A DNA stretch of 32,000 bases from Trichodesmium erythraeum IMS101 (GTDB lineage Bacteria > Cyanobacteriota > Cyanobacteriia > Cyanobacteriales > Microcoleaceae): contig NC_008312.1 in assembly GCF_000014265.1 (NCBI RefSeq), positions 5,340,001 to 5,372,000 of the forward strand. Direction: 5' to 3'. The position numbers and the translations under genes were made by a program. How positions within the stretch are numbered: position 1 is the stretch's first letter; each line of letters begins with the position of its first letter. Below are positions 1 to 8,973 of the stretch, in pieces. The notes under the pieces were generated by a model. The model saw only the letters and a program-made list of their open reading frames with translations. It made no database searches and had not been told where the DNA came from.

Positions 1-1880
1 GTTGCTATCATCTACATCTGTGATACTAACATCGCTGTCTCCTATGTTTACTGCCGTTCCTTCTGTGAAAGTTGTTATGTAGTCACTGCCTGTTGTCGTA
101 CTATTATCCCCATCTAAGTCTAATACGGGAGCATCATTGACTCTAGCAATATTTATTGTTGTTGTGGCTGTACTACTATCAGCATCACCATCGTTCACCA
201 CTACGGTCACTATCCTATCGGTGGTATTAGGGTTTTCCGAGGTGTTGTTATATTGTATTTGGGCTATGGCTGTCTGATACTCAGCTAATGTAGCGCTGCC
301 TGTGAGTGTTATGACTCCTGTACTACTGTTATAACTGCTCGCTGTTATTCCTGTTGGTAGTGTACCGTTGACTAATAAGCTTTCTACTGTATCTCCGTCT
401 GGTCGACTGCCTAATGTTATTGTGGCTGACTCTATGTTGCTATCATCTTCATCTGTGATACTAACATCGCTGTCTCCTATGTTTACTGCCGTTCCTTCTG
501 TGAAAGTTGTTGTGTAGTTGTTCCCTGTAGCGGTACTACTATCATCGTCATCTAAGTCTAATGTGGGAGGGTCATTTACTGCAACAACACTTATTGTTGT
601 TGTGGCTGTGTTACTATTAGCATCACCATCGTTCACCACTACGGTTACTGTCCGAGCTGTCGTGGTGTCTGGGTTGTCCGAGGTGTTGTCATATTGTATT
701 TGGGCTATGGCTGTCTGATACTCAGCTAATGTAGCGGGGCCTGTGAGTGTTATGACTCCTGTACTACTGTTATAACTGCTCGCTGTTATTCCTGTTGGCA
801 GTGTACTGCTGACTGATAAGCTTTCTACTGTATCTCCGTCTGGTCGACTACTTAATGTTATTGTGGCTGACTGTATGTCGCTATCATCTACATCTGTGAT
901 ACTAACATCGTTGTCTGCTATGGCTACTGCTGCTCCATCTTCCGTGAAGGTTGTTATATAGTTGCTGCCTGTAAGTCTACCACTACTATCATTCTCATCT
1001 AAGTCTAATATGGGAGGGTCATTGACTGAAACAACACTTATTGTTGTTGTGGCTATATTACTATTAGCTTCACCATCATTCACCACTACGGTTACGCTCC
1101 GAGCCGTGGTGTTTGGGCTTTCCGAGGTGTTGTTGTATTGTATTTGGGCTATGGCTGTCTGATACTGAGATAATGTAGCGCTGCCTGTCAGTGTTATGAC
1201 TCCTGTACTACTAGTACTGTCATAAGTATAAGTACCGGCTGTTATTCCTGATGGCAGTGTACCGTTGACTAATAAGCTTTCTAATGTTCCGTCTTGTATG
1301 TTCGTTAATGTTATTGTGGCTGAGTCTATGTTGATATCATCTGCATCTGTTATACCAACATTGTTTCCTATAGGTACTGCTCCTCCGCCTTCTGTGAAAG
1401 TTTTTGTGTAGTCATTCCCTGTGTTATCCCCATCTAAGTCTAATGTGGGAGGGTCATTTACTGGAACAACACTTATTGTTGTTGTGGCTGTGTTACTATT
1501 AGCTTCACCATCATTCACCACTACAGTCACAGTCCGAGCCCTGCTGTCTGGGTTGTCCGAGGTGTTGTTATATTGTATTTGGGCTATGGCTGTCTGATAC
1601 TCAGCTAATGTAGCGGGGCCTGTGAGTGTTATGACTCCTGTACTACTGTCATAACTGCTCGCTGTTATTCCTGTTGGCAGTGTACCGGCGGATAAGCTTT
1701 CTAATGTTCCGTCTTGTATGTTCGATAATGTTATTGTGGCTGACTCTATGTTGATATCATCTGTATCTGTGATTCTAACATCGTTGTCTCCTATGGCTAC
1801 TGCTACTCCGCCTTCTGTGAAATTTGTTATGTAGTCGTTGCCTGTAGCGGTACTACTATTATTCCCATCTAAGTCTAACC
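1..1880 (-). repeat. In-frame tandem coding repeats, period 435-447 nt, four full copies plus a partial copy that continues off-window
   Basis: The anchor word CATCTAAGTC recurs at 111, 549, 996, 1431 and 1866. Long stretches are nearly identical between copies, for example 1-75 versus 437-512. Confidence 0.9.
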
Positions 1881-4512
1881 TCGGTTTAATTTTTACGACA
1901 ATAGAGCCAGACGCTTCTAAGGCTCCTCCTGTTCCTTGGTCTGTATCGCTTGTATTCCCATCATTAATTGTGTAGTTGATAGTTATTGGATCTGAGTTAA
2001 TAGCCGCGTTATTACCCTGGTTACTATAAGCAATATTTTGTAACGCTTTATCAACTAAATCTCCTGTTGCACTACCATTAAATGTTAGTACTAATGTGCC
2101 GCCACTATTGGTAGTGACTGTACCAATATTTGTCCCATCTACTGTGACATTTCCATTCTCGACTAAGTCTCCTAATATGATATTATTACCACTACTAAAT
2201 GTATCGTCAGTGTTTACTCCACCATTTCTTACCAACGTTAGGATAGCTTGGTTATAATTGTCTCTTAAGTCTAATTCAGCATCAGTAATAATAGCATCAC
2301 CATCTAAAATAACTGCACTACCACCTATCTCATAAGTTGGGGTATTATCTAAGTTTTCTAAAGTAGGATCGTCATTGACTGCCTGAACAGCGACTGTTGT
2401 AGTATGCTTCCGACCGCCGCTATCTGGGCCGAAAATTTCATCTGATGTGTTACCATCTGCATCTGTGAGGACAAACTGTATAGTTCTGTTTGTCGTGTTT
2501 GGGTTCTCGCTATCGTTTTTAAACTGAATAGCTATAATTGCTGCCTCAAAGTCATCTACACTAGCTGTAGTTCCTGTTGCTGTTGTAGGTGTAAGAGTCA
2601 GAGCTATATTATTGGTTCCCGCCGTATTTCCTGTACCTACACGTGCAATAGTTATATTTCCTACGGTTGCTGATGCTCCATCTGCCACGGTAGCACCACG
2701 AACTAACAGCTCGTCGCCATCATAGGCATTAGTCAAGGTAACAGTTGCTGTAGTTAACCTACTGCCAGCAGAAACAACACCACTGTTATTAGTATTAGTA
2801 GCAGTAGTAATATTATCAGGGTCGCTTATATTTATGTAATCCTTGATAATTAGACCCTTGTGCAAAACAGGGTCGTTAGGATTTTCTGGATCTGGATCCG
2901 TCTCCGTCATTGTGTTGACTATATCAAGCGCAGTACTATCACCTTCTGTAAACGTACCTGCATTATAATCTACATCAGTAACAATGTCCTTATCTGTCTC
3001 CGTGCCATTTAAGTCTATTAGTGGGATATGGAAAACCGAGCTTAGGTCACTCGTCGACATACCATCAGTGGCCTGATCAGTTTGTCCGTCTGTATTAGAA
3101 ACAAGTTCTTCAGCCGCTCGGGGCGTGCTTAACGTATCCTGATCCGGACTAAAGTTAGCCAAGTTATAGGCTTGCCCATTCTTACTAACATATAACCCCC
3201 CTTCAGAACTAGTCCAAGCTGCTTCAAAACTAGTATAAACCGCACCAGTGAGGGGATTAAAACTAACAAAATCGCCCAAAAGCAGATTTGTGTTGCTATT
3301 ATTACCATTAGCGTCCCTTACGAATACGTTTCCAGTCCGGGCGGGCCTAAGTGTGGTTACTTTGCTTACGTCCTGATCAACACCAGCAGCAGTGATATCT
3401 ATGCGGAAAATTAGACCAGTAGTGCCGACACCAAAAAGATAGTCTTTGCTATCAGCGTTAACATAGGCTACGTCTTCCGGTATATCATTCCAGTTCGTGT
3501 CAATCCAATTAGTATCTATCTTACCTGTAGAGACGTGACTTGGATCAGTAAGTTTGATCCGGTACACAGATGAGTTGAACTCAAGCTCATCCTCTGACTT
3601 AAATAACACCCAGAAATAACCCTTGTCGTCTACATCTCCAGCAGCAGGTTTTGAGCTGTTAGTTGTAGTAATAGTAAAAGCATCGGCGCTGTTGCTACTT
3701 ACACCACCACTGCTTGTGACATATTCAACAGTACCCGTTGAGTCTATTCTCACAAGTCTATGACTAGTGCCAGTAACCCTTTCCATGGCATACATGTAAT
3801 TATCAGCACGGTTAAGACCAGCTGCATTTATGTCTTTGCCAGTATCACCAATTTCGATAAACTGTCTTGTTAATGGGTTCAGCTCTTTGAGTATACCTTC
3901 TTTGATTTGATATACTGCTGGTCTGTCGTCAAAAGCTGCAAGAACATAACCCCATGTTCTTTGTATCTGTTTAGTGAAAGGTACAACTACCTGCAACTCA
4001 CCTCTAACAAACCCCAACTCCCAGGTAGCACCAAAAGCAATACTACCAATTAACTTCGCCGAAGCCGCAATATTCGCCCCTGTCAGCTGATGTAGTTTTT
4101 CAATAAATTCCCTACCACAATTTCCCGCAGCTACATAACATCCATAGATCAATATATTATTTACAGAGAGGGCTTCTAACTGAAGCATTATAGTATGACT
4201 ACTCTGAATACTCTTGATATTGAATCTACCATTACCCAAAGATAAACAGCCCGGGGTACCATGACATACTATATGTATAGATAAGACCTGAGGCTGCTCT
4301 TCGAGAGCCCTAAAAATTTGCCCAAAACCATCGGAAGAAGGGTCAATAATAACTACTTTTATTCCTGGTAAAACTCCATTAGCTAACCTCTGGTAGCCTC
4401 CTACACTGGAGTCGATAAATACTATTTCTTCTGGATAATCTATTTCATTTGGGACATAACTAGTTTTGCTGAGTCTTTCAATATATGAGTGAGAGATATT
4501 AAAGCTAGACAT
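1..4512 (-). CDS. Giant surface/secreted repeat protein (5' part only). DUF4347-like N-terminal module, a beta-rich middle region, then tandem ~145-aa cadherin-like/Ig-like repeats. The C-terminal part lies beyond the left window edge.
   Basis: Hand translation of the minus strand. ATG is at 4512-4510, with AGGAG (reverse complement of 4522-4526) 9 nt upstream. The N-terminus reads MSSFNISHSYIERLSKTSYVPNEIDYPEEIVFIDSSVGGYQRLANGVLPGIKVVIIDPSSDGFGQIFRALEEQPQVLSIHIVCHGTPGCLSLGNG...ILIYGCYVAAGNCGREFIEKLHQLTGANIAASAKLIG...WELG, the pattern I know as DUF4347. The frame stays open to base 1 (1504 codons). Repeat units read VNDPPTLDLD..NY.TTFTEG..AV.I.D.DV.ITD.DD..I.SATITL...D..ESL...GTLPTGITASSYNSSTGVITLTG.ATLAEYQTAIAQIQYNNTS.NP.T..R.VTVVVNDG.ANSN.ATTTISV. 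Confidence 0.85.
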   Translation of the reverse strand, partial: MSSFNISHSYIERLSKTSYVPNEIDYPEEIVFIDSSVGGYQRLANGVLPGIKVVIIDPSSDGFGQIFRALEEQPQVLSIHIVCHGTPGCLSLGNGRFNIKSIQSSHTIMLQLEALSVNNILIYGCYVAAGNCGREFIEKLHQLTGANIAASAKLIGSIAFGATWELGFVRGELQVVVPFTKQIQRTWGYVLAAFDDRPAVYQIKEGILKELNPLTRQFIEIGDTGKDINAAGLNRADNYMYAMERVTGTSHRLVRIDSTGTVEYVTSSGGVSSNSADAFTITTTNSSKPAAGDVDDKGYFWVLFKSEDELEFNSSVYRIKLTDPSHVSTGKIDTNWIDTNWNDIPEDVAYVNADSKDYLFGVGTTGLIFRIDITAAGVDQDVSKVTTLRPARTGNVFVRDANGNNSNTNLLLGDFVSFNPLTGAVYTSFEAAWTSSEGGLYVSKNGQAYNLANFSPDQDTLSTPRAAEELVSNTDGQTDQATDGMSTSDLSSVFHIPLIDLNGTETDKDIVTDVDYNAGTFTEGDSTALDIVNTMTETDPDPENPNDPVLHKGLIIKDYINISDPDNITTATNTNNSGVVSAGSRLTTATVTLTNAYDGDELLVRGATVADGASATVGNITIARVGTGNTAGTNNIALTLTPTTATGTTASVDDFEAAIIAIQFKNDSENPNTTNRTIQFVLTDADGNTSDEIFGPDSGGRKHTTTVAVQAVNDDPTLENLDNTPTYEIGGSAVILDGDAIITDAELDLRDNYNQAILTLVRNGGVNTDDTFSSGNNIILGDLVENGNVTVDGTNIGTVTTNSGGTLVLTFNGSATGDLVDKALQNIAYSNQGNNAAINSDPITINYTINDGNTSDTDQGTGGALEASGSIVVKIKPRLDLDGNNSSTATGNDYITNFTEGGVAVAIGDNDVRITDTDDINIESATITLSNIQDGTLESLSAGTLPTGITASSYDSSTGVITLTGPATLAEYQTAIAQIQYNNTSDNPDSRARTVTVVVNDGEANSNTATTTISVVPVNDPPTLDLDGDNTGNDYTKTFTEGGGAVPIGNNVGITDADDINIDSATITLTNIQDGTLESLLVNGTLPSGITAGTYTYDSTSSTGVITLTGSATLSQYQTAIAQIQYNNTSESPNTTARSVTVVVNDGEANSNIATTTISVVSVNDPPILDLDENDSSGRLTGSNYITTFTEDGAAVAIADNDVSITDVDDSDIQSATITLSSRPDGDTVESLSVSSTLPTGITASSYNSSTGVITLTGPATLAEYQTAIAQIQYDNTSDNPDTTTARTVTVVVNDGDANSNTATTTISVVAVNDPPTLDLDDDDSSTATGNNYTTTFTEGTAVNIGDSDVSITDEDDSNIESATITLGSRPDGDTVESLLVNGTLPTGITASSYNSSTGVITLTGSATLAEYQTAIAQIQYNNTSENPNTTDRIVTVVVNDGDADSSTATTTINIARVNDAPVLDLDGDNSTTTGSDYITTFTEGTAVNIGDSDVSITDVDDSN

Positions 4513-4959
4513 TATTGGACACTCCTGATAAGCAACAATAGAGCTTTACTTAAGGTTTTTATATAAAAAGTTTAATAATAATATTAGATTAACTTAACTA
4601 TTGAGAAATACTTAGTTTTCTTCTCAAGAATAATCAAGTCAGATTTTTTTTAAAGTTAATAAGTTTAATTTTCTGAGTCTTAAATAGGCAGGTTTGTTGA
4701 ATGAATATTTAGTCTTCTCAGAGCTAAGTATTCTTAACTAATTTCAGATAGTTTAATTAGAGGATAAGTTACAAGGTCTCGGAGTTAGTAAATCAAAAGA
4801 TGAAACCTTCAAAGTGATTCCTTTGTGATAGTGGGAAAAAACTATTAATAACTAACCAAAGTTGATAACAGGTGTTACCTGAAAAGGAAAATCATCTTCA
4901 CAATGACCAACCGGAAAACCTATAAGAAAATATCAATAAAATAAATCTTAGGGTCTACT

Positions 4960-5600
4960 CCATCTTTTTGAAAGAGAGTCACAGAAATTATTAAATTTTG
5001 CCATGAACCTACTCCTCATCTATCTAATGCTAGGATTAAATGTTTTATTGATAAACCCCCTTTTCCAGCCTATTTAGTCCTCCGAGGATTCCATGAGTTA
5101 GGGATCCACAGTCATAATTATACTTCATATCTCGGAAAATTAAACACCAGTATTTTGATTGACTAAGAAAACCCTGAGTATCCCGAAATATCGATTAATT
5201 TTCATTATGAACCAACTCCTAATCTATCCTATACCAGAATTTAATATTTTATTTAAAGACCCTTTTTCAAAACCTCGTTAATCTTCTGAGTTTTGGGTAA
5301 GTTAGGGATAATCAGAAAAAGAATTATACCCTTCAGTGGAAAAATTTATCTCAAAAACTTGAGCTTACTAAAGAAAAACTTAGTCTCGAGAAATATAGAT
5401 TAATTTTCACCATCAATAGAGTCCTAATATATCCTATGCCAGAATTTAATATTTTTTTTAAGATACCCTCCTTCAAAGTCTAGTTCATCATTTTGGTTTT
5501 AGTCGGTTAGCTAGAGTCAGTTGTTTTTTACCCATAAACTTAACCCTATCCTACAATCAAGATTCAATTTCTTAATCTAACTTACAAGTACTTTTTTAGA
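4960..5600. repeat. Three degenerate direct tandem repeats of ~205 nt in a non-coding spacer
   Basis: Units start near 4989, 5193 and 5398. Shared core: (G)ATTAATTTTCA..ATGAACC.ACTCCTAATCTATCCTATRCCAGAATTTAATATTTT..TTAAAGAYCC...TTAGGGAT. No ORF of 60 aa or more. Confidence 0.75.
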
Positions 5601-5977
5601 CATCAGTATTTTTACTTAAAAAAATAAATTTTCCAAATGTATTATAACAGATAAGATTAAACAAAATTATAGTGCAAATAATCCACCCTATAGCAATTTT
5701 CCCTAAAAAAAAATAAACCCTCACTTCTACCACTTGTCAGATAAAAAATATTTAAAATTTATACTTTTTATTCCCTCCAGCATTTTTCCTATTGCTTTCC
5801 AAAACAGTCAAGCATATAGTCTAAATACTGAAAAACTCAAACAAACAAGCAATAGTATTATTGAGCCCAATATCCCTCAGTACTTTCACTGAAAGCAAAA
5901 AGCAGTAAGTTAATATAAACTATAACATAAGCAAGAATTAACCTAAGCCCAGAAAAAACCCAAGCCCAGAAAAACTT

Positions 5978-6340
5978 ATGGAAATAACCCAAAGTATCCA
6001 TGCCGCTCTATTAGTTTCAGACCTGAAAAAAGCCCAACATTTCTACGGCCAAATTCTCGGTTTATCAAAAGTAGACCGCCCCCTCAACTTTCCGGGGACC
6101 TGGTATCAAGTGGGTAACTTCCAAATACATCTAATAGTATCCTCAGAAATAATTCCCGACATAGTTAACCCAGAGAAACTAGGTAGAAACAGACACTTAG
6201 CATTTTCAATTATTGACTTAGAGAAGGCCAAAACAAAACTCTTAGCAAATAACTGCCCAATTCAAGGAAGTGCTTCCGGCCGCGCCGCCTTATTTACTCA
6301 AGACCCTGATGGTAATATTATAGAGCTAAATCAAAAATAG
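5978..6340 (+). CDS. VOC (glyoxalase/bleomycin-resistance/dioxygenase fold) family protein, 120 aa
   Basis: The ORF-track protein reads IHAALLVSDLKKAQHFYGQILGL...GTWYQVGNFQIHLI...RHLAFSIIDLEKAK...LFTQDPDGNIIEL, a typical single-domain VOC pattern. Confidence 0.8.
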   Translation: MEITQSIHAALLVSDLKKAQHFYGQILGLSKVDRPLNFPGTWYQVGNFQIHLIVSSEIIPDIVNPEKLGRNRHLAFSIIDLEKAKTKLLANNCPIQGSASGRAALFTQDPDGNIIELNQK

Positions 6341-6446
6341 ACAAAACCAAGGTTGAAAAGTTAAAAATAATAGCCTATTAGTCATTCCCTACTTCCCATT
6401 TATACTACTTTAATATAATGTTGTTTCTTCCCTTATGATATAGCCT

Positions 6447-7757
6447 GTGAAAATTATTGCATATTCATACACCGATCCTCTGCAGGGACCAGCACCAGAC
6501 CAAACTATTTGGGGATGGGAAATTGACCAAATATATGAAGACCTAGGCGATCGCCAACAACTTGAAAAACTGCTACAGGACTCCGAAGCCGAACCACCTA
6601 ACTATCTCCTAGTTCAGGAACTAGAGGAACTAGGAAACTCAGTAGAAGAAGTGTGTAACCGCCTGGCTCAACTAGAAAGTCTGAAAATAAAAACGATCCC
6701 CCTAAAATCAGAAATCAAAATAAACCAACCCTGGCCCAGCACATCGAACATAACGAAAGCCGAGCTACTGAAACTCCTGAACGAAATTCGCCAAAAGCAA
6801 CACAGCCGAAAAATTCGTGAAGCCCATGCCCGTAACCGAGTCAAAGGAACACCTCCCCCAGGTAAAGCACCCTATGGTTACCGCCGAGGGAAAGACCGCT
6901 ATACCCTTGATAAAAACACCGCCCCCATCATTAAAGAATTTTTTGAAAGCTTTCTGTTATTCGGGTCTCTCCGTGGAGCCGTCCGTCATATTGAGCAAAA
7001 ATACGGAAAAAAAATCTCAGTCACCACAGGGCGACGTTGGTTAACTAACCCTGTTTATCGGGGAGACCTACAATATCAAAACGGTGAAATTATCTCCAAT
7101 GCCCATGTTCCCATTATTTCCAGAGAAGAAGCCTCTCAAGTAGAACGCTTGCTCCAAAGGAACAGCAAAATGCCACCACGAACCGCAAGCACTCCCCATT
7201 CTTTAGGAGGCTTAGTTGTGTGCAAAGAATGTCAGTCTCAAATGATAACTGCCAAAGTTACCACCTTTCGCAGAAACAAAGAGTACCTTTACCTACGGCC
7301 AAAAAGTTGCCCCCGTACGCAAAAATGTAAAGCCTTAGCCTATGAAGAAATATTAGAGCAAACCATAAAAACAATTTGTCAAGAGTTACCCCTTGCTGTT
7401 GCCTCTTTTGATGCGCCACAGATAGAAGAAGCTAAAGCGAACATCAAAAATAACATTTGTGAAAAAACAGAAATGCTTTCAAGACTACCAAATTTAATAA
7501 CTGAGGGAGTCTTTGACGAAGAAACAGCCAAACTCCGCGCTTACAAACTCAAAACAGAAATTTCTCAATTAGAAAACAAGCTTTATAAATTACCTCCAGT
7601 CAAGTTATTAGAAACAGCAAAAACAGTATCCATACCTCAGTTTTGGTGGGACTTATCTGAGTCAGAACGCAGATTTTACCTGCGGGAATTTATCAGTAGA
7701 ATAGAAATTATTCGTCAAGGTGTAAATTGGAATTTACAAGTAATTTTTGTATTTTAG
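6447..7757 (+). CDS. Large-serine-recombinase-like protein (recombinase domain, zinc ribbon, coiled coil) with a degenerate N-terminal catalytic domain
   Basis: GTG start. PPPGKAPYGYRRGKDRYTLDKNTAPIIKEFFESFLLFGSLRGAVRHIEQKYG...RRWLTNPVYRGDL matches the recombinase domain. CKECQSQM...CPRTQKC matches the Zn ribbon. A C-terminal coiled coil follows. The N-terminus reads IIAYSYTDPLQG where resolvases have GY.RVST..Q, and LEELGNS where they have LDRLGR. Confidence 0.7.
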   Translation: MKIIAYSYTDPLQGPAPDQTIWGWEIDQIYEDLGDRQQLEKLLQDSEAEPPNYLLVQELEELGNSVEEVCNRLAQLESLKIKTIPLKSEIKINQPWPSTSNITKAELLKLLNEIRQKQHSRKIREAHARNRVKGTPPPGKAPYGYRRGKDRYTLDKNTAPIIKEFFESFLLFGSLRGAVRHIEQKYGKKISVTTGRRWLTNPVYRGDLQYQNGEIISNAHVPIISREEASQVERLLQRNSKMPPRTASTPHSLGGLVVCKECQSQMITAKVTTFRRNKEYLYLRPKSCPRTQKCKALAYEEILEQTIKTICQELPLAVASFDAPQIEEAKANIKNNICEKTEMLSRLPNLITEGVFDEETAKLRAYKLKTEISQLENKLYKLPPVKLLETAKTVSIPQFWWDLSESERRFYLREFISRIEIIRQGVNWNLQVIFVF

Positions 7758-8973
7758 GAAGTAAGAAAAAAAGAATAGGTAATATATAGTAATCATATCT
7801 GAACCATAAAAAATCAAATCCATCTAACTCCAAACTAGATCTAGAAAAGAAATAAATTAGAGCTATTTTTTTTACGGCAGTCTAGCCACTAGAAAAGTTA
7901 TTTAGGATAGCTATGAAGATACTATATAACTCCTACTTCCCAAGATTATAAACTAACAACTTATACATTATAAAATTATAGATGTTTTTTTGCATAACCC
8001 CTATTTTTTTTACCTCAATAATATTGTTATCGATATATTCAAGCAAGAACCAACCCCATATACATTAGAACTCAATTAATTATGAACCCCAATAAATGTC
8101 TTAAGAATAATCAATAAGGAAATAATTGATTTTTTTAACCTTATTAGTTAAGATTTGGGGGATTAAATATTAAAGTATCAGGTAACATTGACTTTAGTCT
8201 TTTTTTAGCTTTGAAAAACTATCCAGTTTTCTATCATTCAAGTTAAAAAAGTTATTGTTTTATTTTTGGCCAATAAGGGCAGAAAAAACAAGGGACAACT
8301 CTTAAAATTACCTCCTCTGTAAATTCTCAATTTCTCCTTACTACCCTTGCTCACAGCTCCAATCAGGAAATAAATAAATTAAGATAAGAGCATATTAATC
8401 ACTTAATAATTTAAACTTACCTAAGTTTAGCCTCTTAATATATGGACTATTAGCATAGCAAATTAAAATTGATTTGTGTAAGATAACTTAAGCTTTTTTT
8501 CAGTTTAAGAATTTTTTAAAGTTTTAAGGCCATCTAGAAGAGAAAAATCAAGTCATCCCTCAGTCAGCCCCCAGAAATTTATACAGAGATTTTTTTTAAT
8601 TAATTATAGAATAATTTAACTCTGATCATCAGAAACCTAGTGACTTGTAAAACTTATTCTATTTTTGCATAATATTTAGTTAGTATTTTCGGCATTCCAT
8701 AGCAGAGGGCAACAAAAGATAAGCAGATCCAACTACCTCCCTGATAAATTATTCATTCTCCCCACAAAAACTCTATAAAAAGCCTCTGACTGTAGAACTT
8801 CCAGAGAAAATCTCTATCCATTCCCCTGCATCATAACAAACCAGAAAAAACAAATAATATCTACGAGCAACACCTGTGAAACCTTAATAAATTATTTAGA
8901 CTAATAACATCAATATCTTAATAATATCTCAGTCATTATGGTAAATTCAGCACTAATGTAACCTAACCAATAA

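Noticed and set aside
518-1162. Plus-strand 66-aa ORFs 518-718 and 962-1162
   Set aside because: They are antisense shadows within the adhesin repeats. The two are near-identical only because the underlying coding repeat is.
1-1880. Regular ~440-nt repeats as a CRISPR array or satellite
   Set aside because: The period is far too long and there is no repeat-spacer structure. The repeats are in-frame protein domains.
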